DNA of 63,545 nt, taken from assembly GCA_003427395.1 (NCBI GenBank), contig BFEA01000046.1:3117576-3181120 (forward strand), in the 5' to 3' direction. The stretch's first letter is position 1. Every line of letters begins with the position of its first letter. Below the pieces are notes generated by a model, which worked only from the letters and a program-made list of their open reading frames with translations, was not told the origin of the DNA and made no database searches. Positions 50,801 through 61,620 of the stretch are shown here, in pieces. Source of the DNA: Chara braunii. Lineage: Eukaryota > Plantae > Charophyceae. A program made the position numbers and the translations under genes.

Positions 50801-52370
50801 TACCAATTGAGCTACACTGCTTAGTCCACCAAAACGGGTAGTCTACCAATGAGACTACCTCAACGATACACCCATGAACTGTTTTAGCACTTGGCACACT
50901 CAGTCAAGATGACAACAAGCTAGGGTTTAGGGTTTTAGCACTCTGTGAATCTATCATGATGGACAACGCCTAAGGATCTAGCAAAACAGCAGGTTGGGAC
51001 GCCACACGATGAGTTCTAGTAAGCGTTGACAATCAGGTGGTCAAATCGACAGAGAGAGAGCAGGCCGTGATAGCCAGACAAAACCAACAAAAGAAGTCGC
51101 AATCACCTAGACACAAACGATACCAAATAGACACAAAGGACAATAACAAAATAGGACATGCTTATTTAGGCAGGAGTGAAGTTCGGTACATCCTTCCTCA
51201 ATGCTCCATGGGGAAATAGGAACCAGACTGACGCTCCCGAGAATGGAAAAGGAGCCAGAATCCTAAGGTTCTGTTTTTTGGAAGGGGGAAAAAAAAAGAG
51301 GGAAGCGAAAATTTTAGGGAATTGAAATTTTTTGAAGTGCGGGGAGGGGAGAGACACTTGAAATGACTCGATGATTTCTGCTGCCGAGATTGACTGCAAG
51401 GCTCTATACTAACCGTGGGGTTAGTTTTGTAATTTTGGTTGGCTGAGGGCTAATCGAGAGACCCGCCTGTGAGGAAATTCGTGAGGGACAGATCTGCAAA
51501 TCCGGGAAAATATAGGCCCGGTACTAACCGAATTCCTACAGCTACCCTAACTGCCGAGAGCAGGCCCGGTTACCCCTAGGACAGGCAGGCCCTAAGTGGC
51601 CTACAATGCTATACGGTGCTATAGCCTATAGCCGGGTCCGGTAGATGCCAAGAGGCCGAAACAGCAACGGTAGATGTCTAGGTCTAGGCTAGAGTAGGAA
51701 GTCTATAACTCTGGTAGGGAAATCGTTTTGGGACTTTTGGCAATTCATTTTCGCATCACATTGTCCGTGGCCAACCAAGTTTTAGGAGGCTGTTCCAGTA
51801 CAGCGCTAGACTCTGAGAGTGGAGTAATGGGTGGAGTTTGTGGTTATGGGGTGGCGAGACACTGGGTTGAACTCTGGAACGATTTGGGTTTAATTGAGTT
51901 GTCATCTTGGGTTCTTCGCAGTGTCATCTTGTGATTGGTTGTTGGGAGTTTGTCAGAGAGAGAGAAACACTGTGTGTGTTCTCCCCATTTGTGGATGGTT
52001 AATCTTCCGCTGCTTATCTCTGGTCTGTGTGCAGTTGGACTCTATCTCCTCCTCCCCTTTGTCTCATGCATGTATGGGCGTGTGTGAGTTCTTCTGTGTG
52101 TGAGTGGCAAACAAATTGTCAGACAACCAAGTTCATAACAAACTGACCTTTATGCACAGCACGATGATGAACTTGGGCATGCTAACGACAGAGAAAATGC
52201 CCTGCTGCTTGTAGACTCCAGTGCTGCACTACTCACTGTTAGTTCAGAGGGCAACAGCAGCGCAGAGAATAAAAAAAAATTGTAAACAAGATAAAAATTC
52301 GTATAATATAAAATTATCGTATATATATATATATCGTCATAAACATAATATATATATATTATATACGTAT

Positions 52371-52406
<36 letters not shown>

Positions 52407-52474
52407 TCACAAACAGAACTGCTCGGTAAACCGTAGGCAGAGAGAGAGAAGAAGACAACAAACGAGGGGCTGTG

Positions 52475-52534
52475 ACAAACTGTTTCATTGGAGTTTCAGC
52501 GACTCATCAGGAGGCTGAACCCTCAACAGTCTGC
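52475..52534 (-). ncRNA. Type III hammerhead ribozyme, stem II degenerate
   Basis: Same scaffold as 53467-53526 with two broken stem II pairs. Confidence 0.7.
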
Positions 52535-53277
52535 AGAATCCCCTCACTGATTACAGTGTAAGCGATAATGTACCTTAACCAAATTCAAAGTAAACTATTA
52601 CTCACCCACACCAGTATTGTGACACTGTGAATCGGAGCACACTCCAAGTCTGATAGTGAACATGATGGCCAACGACAGGAACACATTCCAAGTCTCACAG
52701 TGAACACGGATCGAGTTGGGAAAAGGCTTGTATGCACTCATTCCGACCGGATATCCAACCAGTTTCTGGGGGAAAAGTCGTTGTTGGAAACTTCCGAAGT
52801 TGAGCCACGTGGGAGACACGTGGGAGACGACAACGAAGACCATGGCAAAGGGAAGGAGGAATGAGGCGAAAAAGGAGGACGATGGTGGAGGGGAGGACAG
52901 GAAAGAGGAAGGTGGACGGAGTTAGACGGAAGACCAGAGGAGGCTTATCTATTACCATACAAGAAAGAGCAAGACGGAAGACCAGAGGAAGGGAACAGCC
53001 AAATATAACAAAACAGATGGCAACAAAGCGTGTGCTGTATGGGTGTTGTGTGTCCTCTTTGTGTGAGCTATGTGTGTGGCATGTGTGCTGTGTGTGTGAT
53101 ATGTGTATGTGCTGTGTGTGTGGTATATGTCTTTCAATTTGATGATGTATATATACGGACTCTATGACTATATACTGACACAAGAATTCTTCGTTGAATC
53201 GTGGGCCTAGGCTGAAAGAAGCCAGTACATACATATACACATAGGCGCATCTCTCTCAGTGTGTGTGTGTGTGTGTG

Positions 53278-53308
<31 letters not shown>

Positions 53309-53466
53309 GTATATCGTCACAAACAGAACTGCCCGGTAAACCGTAGGCAGAGAGAGAGAAGAGGACAACAAACGAGGGGTTGTGACATATATATATCGTC
53401 ACAAACAGAACTGTCCGGTAAACCGTAGGCAAAGAGAGAGAAGAGGACAATAAACGAGGGGCAGTG

Positions 53467-53526
53467 ACAAACTGTTTCGTCGGAGTTTCACCGACTCATC
53501 AGGAGGCTGAACCCTCAACAGTCTGC
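53467..53526 (-). ncRNA. Type III hammerhead ribozyme, intact
   Basis: GCAGACTGTT|GAGG-GTTCAG-CCTC-CTGATGA-GTCGG-TGAAACT-CCGAC-GAA-ACAGTTTGT: stems I (4 bp), II (5 bp) and III (9 bp), full core, GUU cleavage triplet. Confidence 0.9.
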
Positions 53527-53891
53527 AGAATCCCCTCACTGATTACATTGTAAATGATAATCTACCTTGACCAAAATCAAAGTAGACTATCACTCACCCA
53601 CACCAGATGGAAAACTCTNCAGACTGTCGGTTCACACCCCATCACAAGCCAGCAAAACATCCACGAAACAAAGAAAGGTCTCTCATAGCCAAAAAATACA
53701 CTCCAGACACGCTGCTGGCAGTAGAGGCACAGCATGGCCGCCTAGTAACGGCCCCGACCACTGCCGCTCGACCTGACCGGAAAAAACCGTAGCAGGAAGT
53801 TAGCGAAGTCGTAGCATATATCGACACAAACAGAACTATCCAGTAAACCGTAGGCAGAGAGAGAGAAGAGGACAACAAACGAGGGGCTGTG

Positions 53892-53951
53892 ACAAACTGT
53901 TTCGTCGGAGTTTCGGCGACTCATCAGGAGGCTGAACCCTCAACAGTCTGC
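53892..53951 (-). ncRNA. Type III hammerhead ribozyme
   Basis: Core intact and stem II GTCG/CGAC. Confidence 0.85.
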
Positions 53952-54250
53952 AGAATCCCCTCATATTGTCACATAATACGAGAGCACCAAGGCGAAAACA
54001 AAAAGCAAACAAAAAATTAGATCAAACTCCCCCTGTTCAGAACCTCTTGCGTACAAGGCCGGGCGCGTGGATGTAGGTCGAGTGGTGGCTGCCCCCACCC
54101 CCGTGTGTCATATAGACCCACTTGCACATAGCCAAAAGGCAAAGAGGCAAAGAAAAAAGGAAGGAAACAGCCCTAACAAAACAGAACGGGGGGCTACAAT
54201 TTCCTATAACCGTAGGCAGAGAGAGAAGAGGACAACAAACGAGGGGCTGT

Positions 54251-54288
<38 letters not shown>

Positions 54289-54868
54289 CACATAATACGA
54301 GAGCACCACGGCGAATACAAAAAGCAAACAAAAAAATTTCCCCCTGTTCAGAACCTCTTGCGTACAAGGCCGGACGCGTGGATGTAGGTCGAGTGGTGGC
54401 TGCCCCCACCCCGGTGTGTCATATGGACCCACTTGCACACAGCCAAAAGGCAAAGAGGCAAAGAAAAAAGGAAGGAAACAGTCCAAACAAAACAGAACGG
54501 GGGGCTACAAAATGATATATATCGTATATATCGTCCCAAACAGAACTGCCCGGTAGACGGTAGGGCAGAGAGAGAGAAGAGGACAACAAATGAGGGGCTG
54601 TGTGATGAGTCGGCGAAACTTCGATGAAACAGTTTGTCACACCCCCTCGTTTGTTGTCCTCTTCTTCCTCTCTGCCTAAGGTTTACCGGGCAGCTGTGTT
54701 TCACCGACTCATCAGGAGGCTGCAGAGAGGGAGAAGAGGACAACAAACGAGGGGTTGTGACAAACTGTTTCGTTAGAGTTTCACCAATATATATATATCG
54801 TCAAACAAAACTGCCCGGTAATCCTCGTAGGCAGAGAGGGAGAAGAGGACAAGAAACGAGGGGTTGTG

Positions 54869-54928
54869 ACAAACTGTTTCATCGGAGTTTCACCGACTCA
54901 TCAGGATTCTGAACCCTCAACAGTCTGC
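54869..54928 (-). ncRNA. Type III hammerhead ribozyme, stem I damaged
   Basis: Core intact but stem I reads GAGG/AATC. Confidence 0.7.
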
Positions 54929-55091
54929 AGAATCCCCTCACTGTTTACACTGTAAATGATAATCTACCTTAACCAAAATCAAAGTAGACTATCACTCACC
55001 CACACCAGATGGAAAACTCTACAGACTGTCGGTTCACACCCCATCATATATATATGTATATATATATGTCGTCACAAACAGAACTGTCCGG

Positions 55092-55126
<35 letters not shown>

Positions 55127-55196
55127 CGTCACAAACAGAACTTCCCGGTAACTCGTAGGCAGAGAGGGAGAAGAGGACAACAAACGAGGGGTTGTG

Positions 55197-55256
55197 ACAA
55201 ACTATTTCATCGGAGTTTCACCGACTCATCAGGACGCTGAACCGTCAACAGTCTGC
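55197..55256 (-). ncRNA. Type III hammerhead ribozyme with compensatory stem I
   Basis: Stem I is GACG/CGTC in place of GAGG/CCTC and the core is intact. Confidence 0.85.
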
Positions 55257-55719
55257 AGAATCCCCTTACTGATTACACTGTAAGTGATAATCTACCTCAA
55301 CCAAATTCAATGTAGACTATCACTCACCCACACCAAACGGAAAACTCTACATATATATATTGTCACAAGAATATCAGAGCGCAATTGCGAAAAAAAAAAA
55401 AAAAAAAAAAAACCCAAAAAAAATTGAATTCAATTTTTTATCTTCTTCCTTATAACTCCCCCTGTTCAGAACCTCAAGCAATGTCATCAAAAATTTTATT
55501 TTCACATTTCATTCATTTTGTTTTTTAATTTTTTTAATCTCACGAGGTGGAATCGGAATCATACACGTATAATTTTTATTCGGCAAACGTTATTTGTTTG
55601 TTTATTTCCAATCTGTTTCACGTTTTCCTCCATGTTTTCTTTCTGATATCTGTCTTGTAATCGTATTGCTGCATTTCCGATTTTCATTTCATGGTATCGT
55701 AAAAAAAATACACAATCTA

Positions 55720-55848
55720 GCCACTGGCCTACGTTCTTCCCCTGAATACAACATACGGTCATTACAGCTGTATTTGACGCATCTTTCAGTCTAGATACAG
55801 CTAGAATGACCGTACGTTGTATTCGGGGGAAAAAGGTAGGTCAGTTGC
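55720..55848. repeat. Fold-back inverted repeat (~50-bp arms), MITE-like
   Basis: actggcctacgttcttcccctgaatacaacatacggtcattacagctgtat pairs with atacagctagaatgaccgtacgttgtattcgggggaaaaaggtaggtcagt. Confidence 0.85.
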
Positions 55849-56344
55849 TCCACCCTTGAACTATTGAAAAATACAGCGCCCTAGTTTTCCCTTTCTTTTT
55901 AACGGTTAGCATATGTGTGTGTGTGGGCTCTGTGTGGGGTGTGGAGTTAAAAAAAAAATTAAGGGCCCCGCTCCACTAATGACCCAAATGTGCAAAATGA
56001 GAATGAATGTACCGCTAAAACATGAAAAGATACACCAGTAAGACTACCATACTTTGTCTGTTTTGGCATTTGCTGAGCAGGGGAGCGAGGTCCAAAGACA
56101 CATACCAAAGGACCTGCTGTCATGGTGCGCTTAAATTTTTATCCGACGAAACAGTACGTCACAACCCCTCGTCTGTTATCCTTTTTTCCCTTTCTGCAAA
56201 TTATATATATATATTGTTGTCCTCTTCTCTCTCTCTGCCTACGGTGTTACTGGGCAGTTCTGTTTGTGACGATATATATAATATATATATATAATGTACA
56301 TATATATTGTATATATATATATATTGATGTATATATATTAATAT

Positions 56345-56399
<55 letters not shown>

Positions 56400-56409
56400 G
56401 GGGGGGGGG

Positions 56410-57331
56410 GCTGTAACCGCTGCACAAGTTGTCTCAGGCCAATCTGGTGACCTAGATTTTGAATTTTATGACTTGCAATGTCTTCATGTTTAACCGTAGC
56501 CTGCATACATCAAGTTATTTCCTCTTTTGCCTTAGCTATGCAGTGGTATGATTTTTCTTTTTTTTTTCTTTTGTGAACAGGTTCTATACGTGAAGTAACA
56601 ATCTACCCTGGGACGTGGAATATTGTGTTCCACCTATTAGGAACACGTTATTGCAGCTACATTGGTCGCGAGCACTCGCGGAACAGTGGTGAGTTTTTTT
56701 TTTTTTTAATCAATTTTCTTGCTCTTATTATGCTATAGAATCTAGCGGGTGTATAAAAAGGAGTACTTAGAGGGTGGACTCTCAGTCCTACAAAGCTGCT
56801 CCTAGCATATTGGGTTTTCCTAAGTCTATGGTTAAGGGTACTAGGAAAGCATTGTGGGGGCTCACGGTATATACCTTATGTTGGTGAACAAGCATTGCTC
56901 GGAAGGTGGAAGGAGAGATGAGCCACATAAAAAGTAAGATTGGATGTTCAAAAACAGTAAGAAACTGGTTGCACAGTTCAGATCATAGCAGAGGTGGTAC
57001 ATTCTTGTTTTTTCGATGACTTGAGGCAAGAAGTTGGGTTTTCTTCGTCACAAGACTTCAGTGTGTTCACTTTCGGTGTGCTTCTTCATTTGTCGTTGTG
57101 CTTTCAAGTTTGCTGACATAACCGTGAGTCTTCTGCCGAATCCCGCTTTGATTCCGTGGGAACATTGAAATTTTCAATTCCCACTGATCAGTTCCCATTG
57201 AACATTGAACATGGAGAACTCATTTAATGTAAAAATTTGCATTTATCTGTTGTTTGTGGTCGTAGTGATGTGTGTTCTGAATTGCAGAGTAAGAACCAGT
57301 CATTTCAAGTGTCATGATAAAGAATGTAAAG
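56410..57331 (+). pseudogene. PrimPol/herpes UL52-type C-terminal zinc finger, spliced and decayed
   Basis: Exon 56581-56688 reads GSIREVTIYPGTWNIVFHLLGTRYCSYIGREHSRNS, a possible mini-exon near 56977 reads VQIIAEV, and exon 57288-57331 reads VRTSHFKCHDKECK. This matches G.IR..RYC..IGR.H.SN..QKC.D..C. The upstream exon has stops and no AEP catalytic motifs were seen. Confidence 0.7.
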
Positions 57332-58877
57332 GTATGGAGCACACAAAATGACGTCCAAGGCTTGCCACTTTTTATTCTCCGATTTTTTTTTAGCTTTCAA
57401 TAATAATTAATAATATAGTGTTTGTTTTTGAGTGGATGTACTGGGATCATTCATGCAGTAAAGATAATACATTGTTCAAGGCTTGAGTAAAGTGTTGACC
57501 TGTACAATTTTAGGTCCAGCCTGTCTGAAGGTCAAAGGTGCTTCGATTGTTTGTTAGCCTTGTAACGTGACAAAGCTTGCCTGCAGAACGAAGGTGTAGG
57601 CAGCCCCCAACCCCGGATTCAGGGGTGAGGGGGTGGCAGCCTTCAAACAAGGCTAACTTTCAGCACCCACCTGGACCTCTGCAAATCCAGGTTCTTTTTT
57701 TCCCCCTCATATCTTTCGTCCAGCCTTGTACCCGCCACCCAGCTGCGGTGGGAGGGGTGTCAACCTTCTGAGTGGGTCTGGGGGGTTGTGGTTGGCTTGG
57801 GGAGAGGGGGGCTCCACCTTCAGCTGATACACAGGCAGAGGCTTTGCTTCTGGAAAGAGCCTGGAGGCGCACGTTGCTCGGTAACCAACTGGTGTGCTGC
57901 AACTCTCTAAGTACCGACGTATTGAAAATATGTCAAAAACAGGCCTCATGTGGATTTTCAGGCCCGGCTTCACTTACGGCGGGCACAGGCTTGCTAAGGG
58001 CCGCAACCCAGAATAGTTGTATGTTTGATAATGGCCCTGTAAGGGCTCATTCCTTGCACTAACCTTGTTGGCTCGACAAATGTATTTTTCCATCTGCTGG
58101 TATGTTCAGTGGGAATGCGCCGAAGCCTCAAAGGTCATTTGGTACTCTGCGGGGTCGTCCTACATCCAAAATATTGCATGGGCCTTTACCACCAGCCCTG
58201 ATAAACTTAACCTCCCCGTCCCCCCTCGTGGCCTACAAGAATCACCAAAAGGTGTAATTTTTCAAAGGTGGGGAAACTGGTGGTTTAAACCCTAGTACAT
58301 CCTAGCCAAGGGCTCACTCCAGAGCTCTGGACGTGATTGCAGTCAGATTCATTAACGTCTGGCCACAATTGCAGTCAGATCAACTTGTGCCAGACCTGGA
58401 CGAATCTGACCGTAATCATGTCCAGAGCATTGGACTGCAAATGCAGTTGACTCTATGTCGTTGTCTTCTTTGTCTCACGGCTGGAGGCCGCCTCTCGACA
58501 GCACTAAGGGGACGTTACGTCCCTAAGAGTTTGTTCTGTTCGGTAGGTGGCGGGCCAAATCTGTGTCTCGTTTTTTTTTTTGCATCCGTGCATGTGGAAA
58601 CATGCACGGCCTGAACCAGCAGGAAGTCTTTCAGTCCAATGGCCTCTTTTCATTGGGCCCACGGGCTTCACCAGTAGGTAGTCTTTGTCCTCTTGCAGAC
58701 AACGAGAGCATTTGAGTTGAGACAGTCCAACACTTTAAAGCAACTTTACAATTAGACAGTTTTTTGGTTGTCCTTGGGGTGCCCGTTCCATTTGTCTTGG
58801 GATTGATTGATGGATTAATTGATAGATTGATTGATGGATTGATTGATTGATAGATTGGGATGAGTCAGTTGATTGAT

Positions 58878-59230
58878 CGACTTCCGTGGGGAGAATGAGG
58901 GTCTTCTTGTCATCCGTAGATGATTTGGAATACAGACTAACCGTGAGATGGTGATTCTTTATGAACTTCACCATCATCTTGGCCTGCTTCTTGATCGGCA
59001 GCACCCACTCAAGGTTTGATGTTCTTGAGGAGGAGGCTCAGAGTGTGCGCTGCACACGGAAGCCATCATGATGGTATCTTTGCGATGTCCAAATCCATCT
59101 GACGACGCAGAATTTTTGCACCCATCTTGTTCACACCGGCATTGTCGGTACAGATGGCATTCACTTTATGCACTCCATCTGCACTGATATTGTCGGTGCA
59201 GATGGCATTCACTCTATGCACTCCAATCCC
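58878..59230 (-). pseudogene. hAT (DUF659-type) transposase fragment
   Basis: VNAICTDNAGVNKMGAKIL..WLPCAAHTLSLLLKNI..AKMMVKFIKNHH..LILPTE, with an internal duplication, a stop and a frameshift. Confidence 0.85.
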
Positions 59231-59513
59231 TATGAAGCTTTGCAGTCGGGATGCATGATTGAGACGGGATGTGGACAGAATGGGGATGGATAGCAATCGG
59301 CATGCTGTGCCATGCATCCCGTGGCTATCCCATGCGGTACGACGTGCTGTACCGTCTTCGCTGCCATCTGCTACTTCTTCTCCTCCTCCTCCTCGGTTAC
59401 TGCCTCCTTCGCCTGCCCTTTTACTGCCTCCTTCTCCTACTCGTCATCGTCATCGTCTTCCTCCACCGCCCATAGTCTTCATCGCCTCACTTCACTCGCT
59501 CCGTCTCTTTCTC

Positions 59514-59586
<73 letters not shown>

Positions 59587-60310
59587 GAAAACTAGAGTAA
59601 AAGGAGACAAAGAAACGCAGGAGGACGACGAGGAAGGAGGAAAAGGAGGAAGGGGGGGAGAGGAAGAGGAGGAGGAGGAGGAAAGGAGGAAGAGGATGAG
59701 GAGGAAAGGAGGAATAGGAGGATTACGAACTCACTTGGGGGCGTCTGGCGGCTTGCGACGAAAGGGGAAGGGCATCGGCTGGAGGGCAGGGCGTAGCGAC
59801 GAAGGGCATGGGCGTGGTGACAAAAGGGGAGGAAACTCAGGAGGCATGGATGTTGGCTAGAGGGCAGGGTGTGTAGAGAAAGGGCAGGGACGTCAACCGG
59901 AGGGCACATCCACGGCCCAAAAAAAATATGTGAGCCATTTTTTTTTTTCCCATTAGGCGCGTAGGAGCCCGGGGGATGGTATGGGGCCCAACCCGGCCGG
60001 CCCAACTGGTACTCTAGTAAAAAAGAGAAAAAAACTCGTGTGGGCTTGTTTATTATTTTTTTGGAGATCGGGCCTTGGTGACCCTATCTATTCCAAACGT
60101 GGGGTGCAAGGGCGGGGGCGTGGGGATGGGGTGTGTGGGCGGCGGGGTGCAGGGTTGCAGGTAATGAGGGGGGGGGGGGGGGTTTTTGGGGGGTTTGTGT
60201 TTTCTGGGGGGTAGGGTAGGGTTGGGGGATAAGACATGTTAGGCAACACTTACAATAGCCTCTAAGGCAAGAGGGGCACGTTACTCCAAACATTCAAATG
60301 CACAAGATAT

Positions 60311-61620
60311 GAGTACTAGCTTCAAACGAACGTTGATTGTCCAGTAGGCGCCCATAGAGGATGGAAAGCAGGGGCACCCATTAGTTGTTGTGCTACTCTC
60401 GTCCTTTGTCGGATTGGAAAAAAAGGAGAAGTCGTGGTAGCAAGGTTTCGAGGCATTGTGCGGCCCAATTGACGTGGTCAGAGTTCGCAGCTTACTGGGT
60501 GAGGGGACAAACAATACAGTGGACATTAGTCACAGAGAGCAAGGAGGTACTGTAAGTTGTTACATGATAGCATTTTTTTTTACAATGATGATTGGAAGGT
60601 AAAAAGAGACCTTTCATTATGAAGGCACTATGCTTACGTATGTTGCTTGCTTTGCACTTGTATAACGTTGTTGTTAAAAAATCTTATGGTGTATTTTTGT
60701 TCGTGATTGTGTTTCGTTTTTGTTTTTTGTTATCAGGTACTTCATTGAAGACCGACATTCCAGACGATTGTTTCAAAACAGCTTCAAAAGGTATTCTAAG
60801 ATGTTATGTTGAAGAATGTAAGAAAACTCTTGTTTGTTGGTAGGTTTGCCAATTTACAAGGTGGCAGTAATGTTTTTTAGAAGGTCAGTAGCATAAAATT
60901 GCACAACCGTGGGGAAATGTTTTTGGTAATACAATGATACTATTGCCATTGCTGATTTGTCTGTGTGTCATTCAGGTACCCTTTCTTCTGCATAACGAAT
61001 AATGAGGCGGTTTTCGTTGAAGATCCCCCATAGAATGCGATGGAAGAACCCGTTGTTCTGCATAAGGAATAATGAGGAGGTTTTCGCTGACGATCCCCCA
61101 TAGAATGCGATGGAAGAAAAATTGATTGATCAAATGTATTTGCAATCGGTAGAGGAAAGATTGGTCATGTGTCCCTCTGAGATTGCTATAGCATTTTGGT
61201 CATTCAAGCAGGCAGCGCCTAAGTTGATAATTCGAGTTCCGGGACAGAGCGCACTCAAGGAACAGGACAGGCAATAACGGACGGGAGAGAAGCCAGAGGC
61301 CGTCGGGGGAAATTCTACTTAGCTGGATCACAAGTGCATGCAAAAAGTTTGCAAAGAAGCTCAACAATCATTTAAGGGTCGAAAGGGGGAGATATATAAG
61401 AATGGGATAAAGGAATCCGAGAGTAGCCTCGGGGATATAGGGGTTGATGTACAGCAAAGGTTGAAATTTGATATTGACGAAGATTGTCGGGTAGAGAGAA
61501 GTGACGCACTGAGGCAATGAATCTTTTGGGCAACAGAGGCGACACAGAGATCTGGCTTTTTCAGCAAAGGACATGGCTGACACAAGAAGAGAGGACAAAC
61601 ATACGTTTTTTTAGATCAAT
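60311..61620 (+). pseudogene. Decayed spliced gene of unknown product
   Basis: A phase-consistent join YFIEDRHSRRLFQNSFK|RYPFFCITNN, long frames with isolated TAG/TAA stops and a ~60-bp internal duplication. Confidence 0.35.

Larger units (their letters stand above)
48780..55687 (-). pseudogene. Putative RPA70 DBD-C-like OB-fold/zinc-ribbon ssDNA-binding protein, spliced and decayed
   Basis: Candidate exons: 55687-55567 (..NNVCRIKII), ~52236-52148 (..SLSLACPSSSSCC), 50438-50249 (PVCERHTKC..RFFLSDLKGRIRIAMRG), 48925-~48780 (VLDKAFEFTV). The motif order matches RPA1 C-terminal Y.ACP..C..C..C..D..G..K.F.F.V. One junction is out of frame. Confidence 0.4.
52400..56275 (-). mobile_element. Cluster of retrozyme-like modules: (TA)n-flanked GTCACA...TGTGAC units joined to type III hammerheads
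   Basis: At least eight copies of all or part of cgtcacaaacagaactgcccggtaaaccgtaggcagagagagagaagaggacaacaaacgaggggytgtgac, most followed by the hammerhead block. Inverted copies lie at ~54603-54700 and ~56143-56272. Confidence 0.75.
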
